Below, piece after piece: positions 56,689 to 59,006 of a stretch of 59,006 bases of DNA. Positions within the stretch are counted from its first letter, which is position 1, and each line of letters opens with the position of its first letter. The notes below the pieces were generated by a model. That model was not told the DNA's origin, did no database searches, and saw only the letters and a program-made list of their open reading frames with translations. Origin of the DNA: a virus. The stretch is taken from positions 1-59,006 of IMG/VR virus record IMGVR_UViG_3300025770_000022. One strand, 5' to 3'. A program made the position numbers and the translations under genes.

Positions 56689-57222
56689 ATGGCAAAAGCG
56701 ACAGTAACGAAGCGAACAAGTACACGAAAGAAGAAGGTGGTTGAACCAGAATCGACTTGGTTTAACAAGTCTGTATTCTATGGAATGCTAGTATTAACAC
56801 TAGCCTCTACAATTACAGCGTGTTCTATGATTGCTGGCAAGGCGTTCAAAGCGCCTGATATACAGGTTGTGGATATTAATCCAGTAAATAAAGATGTAAT
56901 ATTGGATAATACAAAGGTTGTAGTCACCAAACTACCAGATAATTCAATTACAGTCGGAGATTCAGATGCACATATGACACTTCATAAGTCATTCAATTTC
57001 CAAGGACTAATCGACAAACACGTAGAAACTCATCACAATTATTCAGAAACGGAAACAGTATTCAAGTGCCACAACTTGAATGGAAAGATATATTCTTGTA
57101 AGATAATTCTTATAGAAGATGTCACTAAAAAAACGATAGACCCCGATATCATCATACCAGAAACTAAGAAAGAAATTACAGAGCCTAAGTCAAAAAAAAA
57201 GTTTTGGAATCCCTTTGATTAA
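56689..57222 (+). CDS. Putative lipoprotein / membrane-anchored protein
   Basis: Basic N-terminus, hydrophobic stretch ending in ITAC (lipobox-like). Confidence 0.6.
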   Translation: MAKATVTKRTSTRKKKVVEPESTWFNKSVFYGMLVLTLASTITACSMIAGKAFKAPDIQVVDINPVNKDVILDNTKVVVTKLPDNSITVGDSDAHMTLHKSFNFQGLIDKHVETHHNYSETETVFKCHNLNGKIYSCKIILIEDVTKKTIDPDIIIPETKKEITEPKSKKKFWNPFD

Positions 57223-57230
57223 CCCATAAA

Positions 57231-57255
57231 AAAGGGGCCCGTTCTGGGCCCCTTT
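57231..57255. terminator. Bidirectional rho-independent terminator
   Basis: aaaggggccc-gttct-gggccccttt perfect stem between convergent units. Confidence 0.85.
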
Positions 57256-57280
57256 AAACTTCTAGTAAACCTACTTCAAT

Positions 57281-57487
57281 TTACTTCACTTCTTCGGTCT
57301 TCTCTACTGGCTTTTTAAGTTTGTAGTAGATGTGACCGTCCCATCGAATAGACTTCGCTTGAGGGTCAGGAACGGTTTTACCCACGTAGTGCCATTCTGC
57401 ACCAGCATCCTGTTCTGCTTTGAACGTATTCAAAGCCTCTTGATTAGCAAATCCGAAGAGTACCGTAGTAAGAAATAGTACAATCAT
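57281..57487 (-). CDS. Small hypothetical protein with N-terminal signal
   Basis: 68-aa ORF, AGGA RBS. Confidence 0.65.
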   Translation of the reverse strand: MIVLFLTTVLFGFANQEALNTFKAEQDAGAEWHYVGKTVPDPQAKSIRWDGHIYYKLKKPVEKTEEVK

Positions 57488-57513
57488 AGTATAAATGTCC
57501 TTCAGTTAATAAT

Positions 57514-57954
57514 TTAACTAGCACCATTAATATTAATAGTCCTAGGCTTATCTTCTTCCGGAATCACAATGTCCATATTGATTGTCAATAGACCATCAGT
57601 AAGGTCAGCATCTTTAATTTGAACGCTGTCACCGATAGTAAATTGGCTTCGGAAACTGCGATTTGCAATTCCCCTATGAATCACATCTTCTGTACTTTCA
57701 TCTTCTGGCTTTTTACCAGATACAGTCAATACGTTCTTTTCAAGAACTGCGGATAGTTCATCCATCTTCCATCCAGCAAGAGCAAACTCTAATACATAAG
57801 TTGTATCGGTTTTCACGATATTGTACGGAGGGTACTTCTGATTGGGTTGGTGATTGAATTGTTCCATCGCTTGAAAGATATTGTCAAGTCCGAAGGATTG
57901 GTGTGTCCACGGGTCGAAAAACCCTTGTGGGGTAGTGAGTTGTTGCCTTGTCAT
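57514..57954 (-). CDS. hsp20: Small heat-shock protein (alpha-crystallin/Hsp20)
   Basis: KYPPYNIVK..LEFALAGW..LTVSG..IHRGIANRSFRSQF..ADLTDGLLTI..IPEEDKPRTINI; GAGGAG RBS before ATG 57954. Confidence 0.95.
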   Translation of the reverse strand: MTRQQLTTPQGFFDPWTHQSFGLDNIFQAMEQFNHQPNQKYPPYNIVKTDTTYVLEFALAGWKMDELSAVLEKNVLTVSGKKPEDESTEDVIHRGIANRSFRSQFTIGDSVQIKDADLTDGLLTINMDIVIPEEDKPRTININGAS

Positions 57955-58045
57955 AATTGTCTCCTCAATGAGCAAGATTAAAATATGTAGCCTCGAAAGA
58001 ACTACGTCTAGTATCAACTTCTAAGTCCCGAAGGCATCTCAGATG
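57955..58045 (-). promoter_or_regulatory. ROSE-like RNA thermometer in the hsp20 5' UTR
   Basis: UCUUGCUC-AUU-GAGGAGA hairpin pairs the SD with a bulged G in UUGCU; two upstream UUCG-capped hairpins. Confidence 0.6.
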
Positions 58046-58204
58046 TTAATCTTTTGGTTGCACCGCAAACAACCAGTCGGGGGAAAGATTTTGACAAATC
58101 AGACTAGGTGACCCCTTTTCTCGAAATGTTGGACTATCTATGCTGTCTCTTTTAATACTTCTACAGTCACGGCCACTTACACATCTCTGAACCTACCACG
58201 GTTT

Positions 58205-58545
58205 TTTAATTCTGTGAGGGGTTATTTTGTTATAAGGTAACCCCTCTGAAATCCTCAACTAGCCCTTATGCGGCTAGTGCGTATGTCTCTGAATCTACAG
58301 TTACATTTATTTATACAAAGTTTGCGACATTTGTATACGTTGTCGAGCGAATAATTTACCACACTATCTAATCGAATCCTAGTACACCCCCATCATAAAA
58401 ATCCTCATTAAAGTAGTCATACGTGGCCCGGACGCTGTACTTGTCGGACAGGCATACTAAAACAAGGATTCTTATGGTGGAGGTGACGGGATTTGCACCC
58501 GTGTCTTAAATAACTAGTAAATTAAATTTACGCTGTTATAACCTC
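58205..58545 (-). ncRNA. ssrA: Circularly permuted (two-piece) tmRNA gene: acceptor piece about 58545-58475, intervening segment 58474-58392, coding piece 58391 to about 58205; tag (A)VTVDSETYALAA at 58304-58266
   Basis: T-arm ACGGG-UGCAAAU-CCCGU then CACCUCC-ACCA; downstream GGGGGUG pairs 7/7 with a G3:U70 wobble; GGAUUCGA; pk1 (CGACA/UGUCG, UAUACAA/UUGUAUA); AUAAAU resume context; YALAA-stop. Confidence 0.92.
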
Positions 58546-58566
58546 ATTAATACGTTATATTTGCAC

Positions 58567-58650
58567 CTACGTGCAGACGTACCTACCAAATAAAATACCA
58601 ATCATTGTCATCATAAACATCCATTTATAACAACATTTATTCATACCCAT
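58567..58650 (-). CDS. 27-aa hydrophobic peptide (MGMNKCCYKWMFMMTMIGILFGRYVCT)
   Basis: AAGGAG RBS; lies between the late promoter and tmRNA. Confidence 0.5.
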   Translation of the reverse strand: MGMNKCCYKWMFMMTMIGILFGRYVCT

Positions 58651-58718
58651 TGATTAAAATCTCCTTGTGTAATTATTGGAAATTAAGTACCTGTAACACT
58701 ATAACGATGCTACAACTC

Positions 58719-58726
58719 TATTTATA
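58719..58726 (-). promoter_or_regulatory. T4-type late promoter TATAAATA upstream of the peptide/tmRNA unit
   Basis: Exact motif overlapping the stop codon of the HD gene. Confidence 0.6.
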
Positions 58727-59006
58727 CATATTCGTTATGGAGAATACGCAAGGCATCCTTCAATTCAAGTATCATTCCTGGTGGAATGCTTCTTATCTCA
58801 AATATGCTAATTAAAGTGGTGTAATACCAAAACTGATTTTCTTTATCAGCATTGAATATATTCCACAACTCCTCACCAATCACTTGGTAATCAGTAACCA
58901 TATCACGAGCATTTGCAACTTTATCGGCTGCGGCAATTAGAACTGCATCATATGGTGCTTTTCCAATCATTTCAAGATATGCGACTTTTCTGTCTCTCCA
59001 AGGGAG
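58722..59006 (-). CDS. HD-domain hydrolase (RelA/SpoT HD / Mesh1-like), 5'-truncated
   Basis: LPWRDRKVAYLE..AVLIAAADKVANARD..LWNIFNA..WYY. Confidence 0.75.
   Translation of the reverse strand, partial: LPWRDRKVAYLEMIGKAPYDAVLIAAADKVANARDMVTDYQVIGEELWNIFNADKENQFWYYTTLISIFEIRSIPPGMILELKDALRILHNEYV

Noticed and set aside
58308-58315. TATAAATA inside the tmRNA coding piece
   Set aside because: Coincides with the pk1 strand and the conserved AUAAAU resume context; not called as a promoter
58410-58455. Resemblance of the tmRNA spacer core to SRP helix 8
   Set aside because: The conserved SRP internal loop and GNRA tetraloop are absent
58475-58505. tRNA-like 3' end (T-arm + CCA)
   Set aside because: No D-arm or anticodon arm upstream; explained as the tmRNA acceptor piece
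1-59006. Integrase, transposase, group I intron or homing endonuclease
   Set aside because: No recognisable motifs; ThyX and structural genes appear uninterrupted

Overview
A 59-kb segment of a large T4-like (Tevenvirinae/Kyanoviridae-style) myophage, probably aquatic or marine, with a host using sigma70-type promoters. 1-36.1 kb (minus strand): tail/baseplate module with giant virion proteins (1194, 2570, 1812 aa; a 2423-aa gp7-like wedge), gp8, gp6, gp25, PAAR, gp5, a hub protein, gp53 and gp48. 36.1-43.1 kb (plus): gp4, gp2, gp54, gp26/gp51, tape measure and a capsid-fold paralog. 43.1-54.2 kb (minus): gp32, ThyX, gp59, gp33 and an early accessory region behind six TTGACA/TATAAT promoters, including an FTR1 iron permease and a stand-alone cNMP-binding domain. 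54.3-57.2 kb (plus): late membrane-protein cluster. 57.3-59 kb (minus): HD hydrolase, tmRNA and Hsp20. Most notable: (1) baseplate/fibre proteins carrying many copies of a His-triad (HxH x3) module, cupredoxin domains and a PQQ-type sugar-dehydrogenase propeller, in a genome that also encodes FTR1, suggesting a virion-borne metal/redox system; (2) a complete circularly permuted (two-piece) tmRNA gene with tag (A)VTVDSETYALAA; (3) a T TTT TTC -1 slippery site joining gp26 to gp51 just before the tape measure gene, like lambda G/GT; (4) a ROSE-like thermometer before hsp20. All family calls come from manual motif recognition; no database searches were run.
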